A DNA stretch of 64,000 bases from Octopus vulgaris (Eukaryota): contig OX597818.1 of the NCBI GenBank assembly GCA_951406725.2, forward strand, positions 12,586,001 to 12,650,000, in the 5' to 3' direction. Shown here piece by piece: positions 42,805 to 55,069 of the stretch. A model generated the notes under the pieces. That model ran no database searches, was not told the DNA's origin, and was given only the letters and a program-made list of their open reading frames with translations. The translations under genes were made by a program, and so were the position numbers. Positions within the stretch are counted from its first letter, which is position 1. Each line of letters starts with the position of its first letter.

Positions 42805-43245
42805 GTGTGTGATAAGAAGCTTCCTTCCCAACCACAAACTTCCAGGTTCAGTTCCACGCCGTGGAGCCTTGGGCAAGTGTCGTCTACTATACACTTAGGC
42901 CAACCAAAACTTAAGAGGATTTGGTAGAAACTGAAAGAAACTGCCGTATATATATATATTTATATTAGGTACATGAAAGACGGAAAATGAAAGATACGAG
43001 AATACACGGGTGTGTGTTTGAGTGGGCGTTTGGCCCCAGAATCGCTTGACAAGGGATCTTGGTCTGTTTACGTCTCTTATTGTAGCGGTTTGGCAAAAGA
43101 TACCGGTGGAGTCAGTACCAGGCTTTAAAAGATTTAAAAAATACTGTGATCGATTTATTCTACTAAATTACTTCAAGGTGATGCCCCTGTACGGCTGCAG
43201 TCTAATGACCGAAAACAAGTATAATGATAAAAGAATAAAAGAAAA
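42805..43245 (+). mobile_element. SINE family A, full length, diverged
   Basis: Head with GGTTCAGTTCC and CCTTGGGCAAGTGTC, internal microsatellite, 3' half and AAAAGAAT tail. Confidence 0.85.
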
Positions 43246-43274
43246 ATATACAGATTCATAAGAATATATATATA

Positions 43275-43480
43275 CATGTTGAATCGTTAGCTCCAGCACG
43301 TATTGTTTTCTCTCCTTGTTTCTCTCCGTGTTTCTTTTCTGTGTATCTTTCTGTTGAAGAGCGTAGGCTCGAAACGTAACAGACTTGTTTTATTTCTATT
43401 CCTGAGCGCCATACTAATACAATTGTTTGTTTGTACGCCACCTGCCTTCGTCTTTTGTTTATTTTCGTAAAGCTTCCCGT
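43275..43480 (+). mobile_element. Short non-coding hammerhead-containing repeat (solo pLTR or retrozyme-like), copy 1
   Basis: 43316-43480 equals the reverse complement of 57132-57296 with 2 mismatches in 165 nt. It is flanked by TA runs. Confidence 0.85.
43346..43383 (+). ncRNA. Minimal type I hammerhead motif (A6U variant)
   Basis: UCUUU-CUGUUGA-A-GAGC GUAG GCUC-GAA-ACGU-A-ACAGA, with one stem I mismatch. Confidence 0.7.
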
Positions 43481-43492
43481 TATATATATATA

Positions 43493-43836
43493 TCGATTTC
43501 AGTAGTTATCTAATTAAGCCTGTACTTACTTCATCAGTTACTTTTGCCGAGTCGCTATGTTACGCGGACGTAAACACACAAACTCATGTTGTCAATGGGG
43601 TGGGGCATACAGCGACACAAGAACACACACACATACATTGACATGCATACCTATATATATATATATGCATATACGACAAGATTCTTTCAGTTTGTGGTCT
43701 ACCAAATCCATTCACAAGGCTTTTGTCTGTCCCAGGCTATAGTAGAAAAGACTTGTTCAAGGGGTCACGCACTGGGACTGAACCCGAAACAACGTGGTTG
43801 GAAAGCAAATTTCTTACCACACAACCATGCCTGTGC
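43493..43836 (-). mobile_element. SINE family A lacking its extreme 3' end
   Basis: GGGACTGAACCC (B-box on the minus strand) and CTACCAAATCCA.TCACAAGGC, matching 61990-62351. Confidence 0.88.
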
Positions 43837-44252
43837 TTATAAATACATACGTGTATATATAGAGAACAGATATACCAATTTCGAATTTTAGTTAAAAGTC
43901 TATTCCTTCATTAATTTCTTCTTTAATTAAAATAATTTAAAATATCACGAAACCTTCCGAAGATCTGTCTATATTATCAAAAGTATGAAATCTTGTTTGG
44001 TTACTGTCGCAGAGCATTTGAATTGCACAATCCTCTCTCCTTACTCTGAAACATATGCAGATGCTACTATTGTATATTAAAACGGATCTACAAGTTGTAC
44101 TAGTTAAAAGATACATCCTTTCCTTTTATTAACTTGTGTCTCCCAATCTTAGTAATTAGCTGCGAGTGCATTTTACAACAAGCATACATCTACGCTCATC
44201 CACGCATACACATTAATATACACTTGTATATATATCTATATCTATATCTATA

Positions 44253-44355
<103 letters not shown>

Positions 44356-45095
44356 TTAAACGCGCAAATACATACAAACACACATACAGACACCCACACA
44401 CATCCGCGCAGATAAACGAAGGTTTTGTAGTTAAATAAATAACTAAGTAAATGCTTTTTCCTTTTATGTTGCTTGTCATGCGAAATCATACATCGTAATT
44501 TTTATATTATTTATTTCAATGATAATCAAGTGCATCTAAAAATCTTTGTTCTTGTAAAAAAAAAATAAAATTAGATTTTATGGTCTCGACGATTGTCTGA
44601 AATCTTGGGAATTTTTGACATTAAACAAAAGCACAGAACACCTGACAACAACTTTTAACTATCTCCTTACTTATTGATTACTATCCACTTACGGTTGTTT
44701 TCTTCATGCTTTCTAAAATATTTTTTCCACTTAAACAGGCTTTTCTCATTGTTTAATAAAGTCAGCTGAAAGCGGAGAAAATATTTCTTCCCTGAATGTT
44801 TGTCTCAATAAATTTAACAGTGATATATTCAATCTGATGTTTTCTCCGCTTGTTGTCTAGCGAACGGCAATATAATAGTAAAGTGAAAGTCGAATTTAAA
44901 TTGCATTCAAACATAAAAGATGAATCCATTCTATTACAAAAACGTAAATATATGAAGTACATATACCTTGAAGATATTTAATACACACATATTATATATG
45001 TAATATACTACATACGCTGTGTTTAGATATATACATACACGTATGTGCATTTGCGTGTGTGTATGTATGGATATGAGAATATATGTGAATATATG

Positions 45096-45138
<43 letters not shown>

Positions 45139-45229
45139 ATGTGTGATGTGAATGTTTACGTATTATCTCTCTGTAGATACACACACACTCACATAATTTA
45201 CTGATACGTGATAAAAATTTAACAAAAGC

Positions 45230-46250
45230 AGTACTTCATCTGGTTAGAGATAAATATTATTTATTTACAGGTTACAATACATGTGTTAAAGTACTATTAA
45301 CAGTTTCATATACTGAGAGAACTCAAACGTATTCTACAGGCGCAAACGACATATCATAAGGAACTAAAGAAACTGAATAATAGAAGAAACGCGAAAAAGC
45401 TTAGATGGTAGCACATAGAAAAGACTGTATAGATATTAGAGCATTCATAGATAGAAGGTCTTACAGCTGTTTCTAGAATATTTATTGATAAGACTATCCC
45501 TTCATCGGAGACGGTGTGAGAGTAAAAGTTAAGTCATAGTTTCGATGTGATATAAATAGAGAGTGAGGTGGAGGAGAGAAAATAGATGTAAGATATGTGT
45601 GGTTATTGTGTTCATAAATCCGTTTTATAGGCATAATGGTATATACGTGTAATATTCCAATATCCTTTGAGAAAACTCCAAACGTCCAACAGGTTTTAAT
45701 ATGAGTCTATCCAAATGTAAAGTTTATAAAGAATGTAAGATTCTCTTAAAGTTGGTCATTCCCAGTAGGGAATTTATATAGAATGTAGCAGATTCAAGGT
45801 TTGTGTTAAACTGACCTAGAAATAGGGAGTGGATTAGTTTGGTCAAATTGAAAACAGGAAGAGAGGAATAACAAAAGAAAAAAAAGGGAGAGATAAAAGG
45901 AGGAGAGAAAGAAAGAATTAAAGAGAAAGAAGAAAGAAGATTAATAAAAACAAAAATAAAGAATCAAATCCCTAAAGGTATGAATAAAGAGAATAAGGAA
46001 AAGAAAAAAGAAAAAACTAAGATATAGGCTGGTCAGTGGTCAGCGGAGGAAAGTAGGGGTGGGGATAGAGAGAGAAAGGTATTATAGTATAAATGATAGA
46101 GGAATGGGGGTGTTAGGAGGAAGAGGAAGTACTAAGTGTAGTAGTAGTTTTTAATTGTGAGGCAAATATATAAAGAATTAAGAATTAAGGAAATAGCAGT
46201 GTTAATTATTCTGAGAAAATATTTATGTGAACATGTATATACGTATATCA
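45230..46250 (-). mobile_element. Probable PLE 3' end / pLTR region
   Basis: Contains a hammerhead motif, a long purine-rich spacer and a weak ICLTIK (CL.EK-like) remnant near 46150-46215. Boundaries are uncertain. Confidence 0.45.
45458..45512 (-). ncRNA. Type I hammerhead motif (U4C variant, palindromic stem III)
   Basis: GUCU-CCGAUGA-A-GGGAUA..UAUUCU-A-GAA-ACAGCUGU-A-AGAC. Confidence 0.7.
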
Positions 46251-46779
46251 GATAAGTTATAGAGATGAGTTACAAATACAAACCTCATGTATCATCGTTC
46301 CTACATGTGCAGTTATCTAAATTTTGCATGTGTATAAATGTTTATATATACTCACATGTATGCATAGATGCATTTCCTCACTCGTACGTATACACGTGCG
46401 TATGGGTGTGTACGTGTATATATGTAAACGAATATAATCAGATGGTTGCATACGTGAGAAACTAGATATGGGTTATAAGTTAGTGTAAATGTATGGGTTA
46501 ATGGGATTATATATATATTCCCAATTTATATTCATGTTTTTTTTATAATAATCACTGGTATCCTTATATATTACTATATTTTATATCTTATATCTTATAT
46601 GTAAAGAATAATATGTTATATGTATGTATATTATTGTAATTATCAATTTAGTAAATAAATAAATAAGCTAACATAATATAATATCTAAAAGTTGATGAAC
46701 CACCTATTGATCCCCTCCATTTTCTTATTGCTCTCTATATATAATTTTTTTTTTCTTATAATACTTCCTTCCGTGAAAC

Positions 46780-47030
46780 TGAACTTTGCAATGTAGCTAT
46801 GATGAGCCAATCAAACTGATCCCAGAAACTATTTTAAGCCTGGTACATAATTGATAGGTGATATAGTATGCATTTAAGATACGTTGATGTAAACAAACCG
46901 ATGCCGGTTTTCGAGCAGTAACAAAAAGTAAACAGATACAACGGATTTCCTCACAGTATTCATTTTTCACGTTCAGTCATAAGGCTACAAATGACACTTA
47001 CACGAAGTAGTGCACTGTAGATTCGCATGT
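46780..47030 (-). mobile_element. Highly diverged SINE family A copy
   Basis: TAAGCCTGGTAC..GATGTAAACAAACC..CCGGTT..TACAACGGATTTC..AAGGCTA..GACACTT occur in the expected order. Confidence 0.55.
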
Positions 47031-49014
47031 TTATGAAGCTGTAATCTTTCGATTCAAATTTCTCTTATTCTCTCTCTCACCATTTCTCTCAATGTATGTA
47101 TGTATGTATGTATGTATGTATGTATGTATGTATGTATGTATGTATGTATGTATGTATGTATGTATGTATGTATGCATGTATGTATGTGTGTGTGTGTGTG
47201 TGTTTGTATATATGTATTATGTATGTATGTATGTATGTATGTATGTATGTATGTATGCATGTATGCATGTATTTATCTAATTGTCTATATCTATGTCTGT
47301 CTTTCTATCAATGTATGTATACGCATACATCTCTCTCTCTTTCTCTCTCTCACACACAGGCTCTCCCTATCTCCCTCTATGACACACATACACACACAGA
47401 CGCACACACACAGGTACACACACACACACACACGCACACGTATATAGATACTATTGGTTTTGAAAAAAAACTTACGCGAAGATTCACGACGCGATTATCA
47501 ATGAACTTTTGTAACATTACAATGCCATATAAATGTTTATAAAAGGCGCAAGAATAATGATTTGTTAAATTATCAAATAAACATTTAAAGCTGATTAGAC
47601 AGAATTATGCCATTTTAAATGTGATGTTGGATAATACAATTCACTGTTGCCGGAAAACAATATAATCATTAAAAATGAGTGAAACAAACTCGAATTAAAC
47701 AGATACATCAATAATAGCTATAATATTTGCAGTCAGGAAAAAATTCAAAATAGCTTTAGGAAAAAAAACAAAACTGAAAAGAATATAAACGGAATAAAAT
47801 ATAAAAAAAAACGTAAAATGTAAAAAAAAATATTCATGCGCATGATAATTATTGCCATGGTGAAAATGAAGCGAAAGAAACCATATACATATACATATGT
47901 ATATACATACAGAAACACACACGCATCTTAGACATCATTCATTATATATAAAGATCAAATAAATACGTAAAAATTTGATGCGGAAAGCGTTTCTTAAAAG
48001 TTTGCAGTTTTTTTTCTCCTACGCAACACAAACAAAAGCAAAACGGAGACTAAGATACAAAATAACGCTTTAACCAAAGTTGCGTGATATTAACATCAGA
48101 GTTGGTATCCTTGAGATTAGTACAATATGGTCCGTATTACCATGGCCAACCGGTTGATTATCGTCATTGATAAATTTCATTAGACAATACTACATTATTG
48201 AATGAAAGAGGATAAAGTACTGTTCACTTATACATGTCAGGCATTTGATGCAATGGATACATGATTAGTGCCTGTATGGGCTTTCTCTAAAATCCATCTG
48301 CAAACTTTAGAGAGTCAAAAAAGTTTCTTTCAATTGCCATGTGTTTAATTGAGTGGATGAGAACCTGTACCCTTAGTGTTCAAATGAAACGAAATTTTGT
48401 GCGCATAAATTCTCATGTTAAACCTGTTTTTTTTTTGGGGGGGGGGCTCCATTGTAAGTTTTATAGGCAGAGGTTTTATCAACTTAAACTTCTCCTAAAT
48501 ATACTACTCCTTTGATGAAACAATTTGTATTGATGAGGGAGATGCTAGGATATACAGTTACAATTAAGGTTAATTAGATTAAAATAGATATCAGGGCACT
48601 TCTGTTGAATATCCTAGAATATTTATATCCCCAAAGAGATCTCTATCGAACGATCTCGTCGTTAATGGTTGAAGCGCTTTCTCGTTATAAATCCTTATTA
48701 ATTGTCTATCTCTAATTATATATATAGGTAGATAGTTAACGCAGGGTAAAATACATTTTTCTATTCTATTCATCTACAAAAAGAAAGATTTCCTGGTATT
48801 TTTCAGAGAAGTCGTACAGAACTTTCTTCCCCAAACAAAAGTATAAATCTGCCGTTTATAAGGTAGTCACGAATCACAGTAAAATCCTAGTATATGGTAA
48901 AATTCGAATATTTGTGTATTTGACGGTTCATCAATACTTAAACGATCATCAACCCACTGGAACGTACAGGATATTACACCAGCTGAGAGTTGAGAGAAAG
49001 TGACATAAAGAGTG

Positions 49015-49200
49015 AAAGAGAGAGACAAAGAAAGAAGGTAGAATGAAAGAGCCAGGTGCAGTAACACTGTTTTGGTTCCTTATTTATTGATCCAGTAGGT
49101 GTGGAAAAGTTGAATTCGACTGGATTTGAACTCAGGATTGAGGCAGTCGGAAGAAATATCACGATGATTCTATCCGATACTACTTTTACATTCAGGCATC
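49015..49200 (-). mobile_element. Diverged SINE family B copy
   Basis: GGTTCCTTATTTATTGATCC..AAAGTTGA..GGATTTGAACTCAG. Confidence 0.6.
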
Positions 49201-50968
49201 TGACTCTGTCTCTCTCCCTCCCTCCCTCTCTTCCTCTTCTCTCTCTCTCTCTTTCTCTATGTGAGTGTGTATTTGTGTAGTGGTACAAACATACACATGT
49301 GCACATATATAGATATGCATATACATATATGTATAAATGTCTGTATGAGGCATAATATCGTTATAAGAAATTTTATGTGGGTTGATTACTTCTTTTATCA
49401 TTTAAGAATGTTTATGCTTAAGACGATTCTGTGACTTTAAGAAATTACTGTCTAATCGCTGGCCCATCGTGTGTTGCATCTTAATCTTCTCAAAGAACTA
49501 CAAAAACGAAATTTGCTTCAAGTAACTTTAAGCTATAAATATTATGCTAAATTTAAATGTGTTTAGCTCTTAAGTCTTATACTAACATCAATTCCTTAGA
49601 ATACCAAGTAGATTATCATGGTTAAAATAATGTGAGAATGTATTAGTGTTCCATAGATGTGTTTAATATCTGAAGCCTCAAGGGGGTAATCGATAAGAAA
49701 ACAACAACAATATCAACATCAAGATAAGCAGCAATATTAAAATGTATGAGTCAGGGACTTTGCTTTCAATTGTTCTCGTGAACTAAACTAGATTGTAATT
49801 TCATTTCCACTTGCCAGCTCTTCACTTCGTTGGGTAGGTTTGCTAGAAAATACAGCAGATTTACTCAAAAATTACTTGTCGTCATCATAAATAATTAGAC
49901 AGGATGGTAGCTCTTGTACATTATATACGAAAATTTAGATATTCATGCCTGGAAATTTTCTGATATGTCTTCTAGATCCGTGTCTATGTGGCTGAACAAC
50001 AAATAAAACGACACATATTTGTAAGGTTTCGTTCGACCACTGCCATCATTTTGCATAACAAAGATAGCAGTCTTGCCTGTGCATGATAATATCATATTTT
50101 TAATCATTTCTGGGAAATTTTAATTAAAGTAATATTGAGAGTATGCCCATAAACATACACACGGTCATATATACATCGGCACACACATGTACGCTGTGAT
50201 AACCGTTGATTGTGCATAGTGTGTGACGAGTCGGAAACAAATTGAGACAGTATCATATTTATGATTAGCTGACCTTCCGTAGGACTTTTTAAAATATTTC
50301 CGATCAAAAATCTAATTATTTAATTAAAGATTTAATATATAAAATAAATTGATTCATCAATGGACAAAAAAAGACTAAACAAAATCCTTTTATGAGTTTC
50401 AATAAAATAAACCTTCATAATTTGTATGCTAATTCATTACGATATACGGGCTATTACTAAAATGATTAATTTTCCTTTAATCTCTAAATATTTATTTGTA
50501 AAAGAGGGGGTATTGGTACCAGCAAATTATTAATTTAAAAATCAGTTACAAATGCCCAATTGATTTTCGATATGAGCTGAATCCTTTAACTTTAAACTCA
50601 ATTTATTGATAACATTTAATTTTTCCGGGATCAAGATCATTCAGCTTTAATTTCATTTGAACTTATTGATTTCGTATATTGGCAAAAAACGTAATGCTTA
50701 TCGGAAAGGTAATCAGGTTAATAACTTCAATAAGATTACTATATTACTGGTAGAGCTTAAGAAAGGAAAAGTTAATATTGGCGATGTTTGAAATCAAAAT
50801 GTAAAATTCTAAAATAGCGCAGCACTTTTTCTATCATCCACATCCGGTGAGTTTCAAACACATTTGAATTTAATTGACAAACGTGGTCTTTTGCTTTCAG
50901 CCATAACAGTTAAATGAAATAGATATTAGCCTTAGTGAGCTATTTCAAATTATATATATATATATATC

Positions 50969-51208
50969 TGTAAATGTAATTTTTGACAATTATTCGGTAG
51001 GCTTGATAAAACTCCGAGTTTCGGATGTCGGGGCGGTAACCCACGCCGCCACCTCTTCAGTTATCCGGCCATCGGAAAAACTACTATCCGACATCCGAAA
51101 CTCGGAGGTTTATCATGGCTACCGAATAATTGTCACATATTACATTTACAAATAAATTTCTCTATTTACGTAATATCGAGGTCTCTTTCATTCTTTTGTT
51201 GTCTTACC

Positions 51209-51212
<4 letters not shown>
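50969..51212. mobile_element. Fold-back hammerhead element 1 (inverted pLTR-like)
   Basis: 63-bp arms at 50969-51031 and 51088-51150 (5 mismatches), then a tail shared with 51912-51978. Flanked by microsatellites. Confidence 0.88.
51005..51065 (-). ncRNA. Type I hammerhead ribozyme motif with canonical core
   Basis: GAUAA-CUGAAGA-GC-rich stem II (GGUGGCGG..CCGACAUCC)-GAA-ACUC G GAGU-U-UUAUC. Confidence 0.85.
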
Positions 51213-51294
<82 letters not shown>

Positions 51295-51730
51295 TTTAAT
51301 TCGTATACGGTAACGTTAGGGGTATGCAAATAAAGCTCCTATTTCATTATGCCAGCTACCTTATTTTGATATGGACTAGTAAGTCAGTTGTTCAGGGTTG
51401 CATCATGGTTATACCGATATAATATAGGATAATTATAATTATAACAATAATTATAGGATGGAATTTTTAAATATCTAGTACATCGCTACGTGCGTTTCCA
51501 CAAATCAGATGATCAAAGTCTAGCTAGATTGGCCTTCATACTGGCAGGGAGAGAGAAATATTCCTCTGTGATTCATCCAATAATATCTAATGAAATTTAT
51601 CAATGATGATAATCAACCGGTCCACCATATTGTACTAATCTCAAGGATACCGACTCACGCAATTTCTGGAAACGATGTATTAAATACTTATAAATTCCAT
51701 ACTAGTATTTTATATCTACATATACATACA

Positions 51731-51764
<34 letters not shown>

Positions 51765-51766
<2 letters not shown>

Positions 51767-51974
51767 TCTATACAATATGTTACATTACTCGTAGTCAAGA
51801 TAAAACTCTGAGTTTCAGATGCCAAAGTGGAAATCCACAACACCATCTCTTCGGTTATCAGATAACCATGAACTCAGTTTTAGACTACAGTAATGTAAAT
51901 ATTGTATAGATAAATGTCCTCTATTTACATAATATTGAGGTCTCTTTCTTTCTTTTGTTATCTTACCGTTTTAT

Positions 51975-51978
<4 letters not shown>
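51765..51978. mobile_element. Fold-back hammerhead element 2, same family
   Basis: Arms TATCTATACAATATGTTACATTACTCGTAGTC and GACTACAGTAATGTAAATATTGTATAGATA. Tail CTCTATTTACATAATATTGAGGTCTCTTTC. Confidence 0.85.
51799..51859 (-). ncRNA. Type I hammerhead motif (U4C variant)
   Basis: GAUAA-CCGAAGA-GAUG..GUGGA UU UCCAC..CAUC-U-GAA-ACUC A GAGU-U-UUAUC. Confidence 0.7.
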
Positions 51979-52022
<44 letters not shown>

Positions 52023-52067
52023 TGAACTTTTGGAATACGGTTTTTACCAATCTGCATGTACGTTAAA

Positions 52068-53192
52068 CGTTACGGTCTGCCGGGCGTTCCGACATGCACT
52101 AATTTATTTATATTCATATGTTTAAGATATTTTTTAATCCATTCCTTTAGCACTTCCGGCTCGATTTTTATTTCTCTCACCTCCAAATCTTGAACTTCGA
52201 TACCTTTGTCAGTTGCAGCCGCATAACTGGCTCTTGGATGCTTAAGTTTCCATCGTACTTCTTCCCGTTGATTGTCCCATAAATGGGGGGAAAAAAAAAA
52301 CAATTCAACGAAATTCTTGAGAGAAAATAGCAATTTCAAAACAGGAAACAAACGTGGTAGATCCACAACGGGAGACATCCAACAACAAAAATATCTCACT
52401 TAATTCATACGTCAGGAAATTATAAATTAAAATGTTAAGTTAAACAGACAAACAGTTTTTCATGCTGCACTGTGAGGTCAGGATGAAATCCATTGTCAGA
52501 ATGGGGGAAGCTAGATGTTATTAGCCAAAACGGTGAAACTATATCAAATTTGTTAGACCTTGGCAAACCTTTATAAGCAGAGATAATTGCACCCCCTAGT
52601 ATTTTTGTGACAGTTATTTTTCTTTGAGTCAAAGTTGTTCAATTGGATTTTGGAAGCTATGATTACCTGTTTAGATTATGCACTATGTGCTTTGTGTTAG
52701 GAATTCATGGATTTATTTTATGCTCCAGAAATTCGCCAGAACTTTTGCCAGATTTGGAATAATTTCTGTGTCACATCTGGATCCAAGATTCGAAATCCAA
52801 GGTTAGAAAACTGAATTTGTACTAAAATTGAAATCCAGATTTTATGAAATCCAAATTTTTGGGAACCATCTTTTTGAAAAACCAAATTTGTGAGGCCAAG
52901 TTCCAGAGTTACGGGTCCAAGTTTGTGAAATCAAGGTGGTGAAGCCGGGTTTCTGAGTCTGGATTTCTGAACTGTATATATAGGTTACCTTTGTAAATAT
53001 TTTGACCGCACGTCTGGTGAGGCATTGGTTTTTTTGTTCATGTATATATTTGTGTTTATATGTAGGCTTTTTTTTTATGCTGACAATTGTTAACAATATT
53101 TTACAAAAAAATTTCATGGTGTGTTGTTGTTTTGGGTTCACCTTATCCTCGTTGATTCTGTAAATTCGGGTTATGTCCACCAGGTCGTAGCA
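52068..53192. mobile_element. Possible solo LTR (Gypsy-like termini)
   Basis: Ends CGTTACGGTCTG...CAGGTCGTAGCA form an imperfect inverted repeat (8/12, all transitions) resembling TGTTACG..CGTAACA. No clean TSD. Confidence 0.4.
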
Positions 53193-55069
53193 ACGTATAC
53201 ATACATACATACATACATACATACATACATACATGTTATATTGAAATAATTTTCCACGTTATATCCAGTTTTGTAATTTATTTGTTCTTAGCATCCAGTT
53301 GTAGGTTTGTACATTTATGTGTGTGTGAGTATGTGTGTGTGAGTGTGTATGTTACGTCCTATTTTAATGGCTTAATTGCACTAACATATTCGAAAATTTA
53401 TATATTGAGATAGGACTGGGGGTAGGAATGGTAGGGGAACTAAATGGAGAAGTGAATAGGGAACGGGATAGGACATGAAATTGTGTAATGCGAATGGGAA
53501 CTGAAAATAACTCCTGCTTTTCCGGGTATTGCCGTGTAATTCAGCTAGTATATATATATGTATATACATATATATTGTAACATAGGCTTTTAGGTGATAT
53601 ATAGAACATTATCTCTCAGGTTACTTCTTATAGATTACTTATGATATGCATATTCATATCTATCGCCTCAGGTATTTTGGATCTTTTTGTTTTAGTGTAC
53701 ATTTCGTCTGCGTATTAGACTAAGAAAATGAGCAGTAACATAAATTTTTACGATTATGACAGATAATCACAACAGAATTAATAGTTACAATGGCGTTAGT
53801 GTTTGTCTTATATGTCTGGAGTGAAAATGAAATACAGGTAGGATTTTTTTAGATGGAAGCAATGTGAGGCTGAGGAAATTTCATCTCAAGTACTTAGTAT
53901 AGAATTTATGAACGATGCAGACTAAAAGTTACACGAAAAGTATAGTTGTGAGGAATGACTAGTTATGATTTATTGTTTGGCAACTTACTTATTCAAAAAA
54001 GAAAAGTAACTTGTGGAACAGATATAAATATTCTGTTTGTGGTTATTGAATGCTGGAGAGTTATGATTTACTTTCATTGATTTACTTTCACTTTAAATAT
54101 TTCATTAAATCACAAAAATAGACATAGCTACATAATTTATTTGTATCAGATATTTGTACACATTTATATGAAATTTTTTCGTCTTACACTTATCCTATCA
54201 TACATGATTCGTAAGATCTCTGTTTTTTTTGTATAAATTAATGTAAAAATAATGTTTGCATTCATGCTGATTTTTCCCTTACTTAATTTAATTGCGTTTT
54301 GTTTTATAAGACGAGAGTATGAACAGGAGACAGCGCCAGTACTAAGTTCAGCTTTATCACGTTTTGTTTTTCTTATTGTATATAACTCATTCTGAATCAT
54401 TCTCTTCCTTTTCTATGTATGGTATTGTATACAAGAAGAGCGCGGTTGAAACGTGTATTCGTAGATTGGTGTACCACTCTGTCATGGATTGTGTCTACTA
54501 GTAACTTTGAAAGTACTGGTATAACAAACTTGCAAAATTATTGACTACTTCGTCTTACACCGGTATACTTTACCTCATTGCAATGCTAGGGTTATGGAAA
54601 TGGCTCACTTTACTATTATATTTAATGTGTGTAAACGCACCTGAAGACCAATATTATGATGAATCCTCTAAATGTGAGCTCCAACCACCAGAAATAATAT
54701 TACAGCTCAAGCTACGATATCACATATGTAGGGAGAGTATTGCATATATAGTAAGGACCGCAATGCTGTTAAGGTATAGAAGTGTTTTAATACTTTATTA
54801 TACAATGCAGGTATAATGCACATTCACTTATTTGAAATGAAGAAAATAAATGATCAGATTATTATGAGATAACTGAGTTAAAGAAGTTAAACTAGATACA
54901 ATAAATATCGAGTATGGTACATTTATTGTTTCCGATATCTTAACCATATTAAATTACAATAAATTAGAAAAACAAAGAGAATATAACATAAATTAAACAT
55001 ACATAAATAACGATAAGAGATGGCTTCCTATTTCAGAAAATAAAATAGCATAATTGTCACAGTATTAAT

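Noticed and set aside
43488-43544. Minus-strand CTGATGA-AGTA..TACT-GAAA-TCGAT, hammerhead-like
   Set aside because: Stem I does not pair, and the segment is a diverged part of SINE A whose other copies lack the motif.
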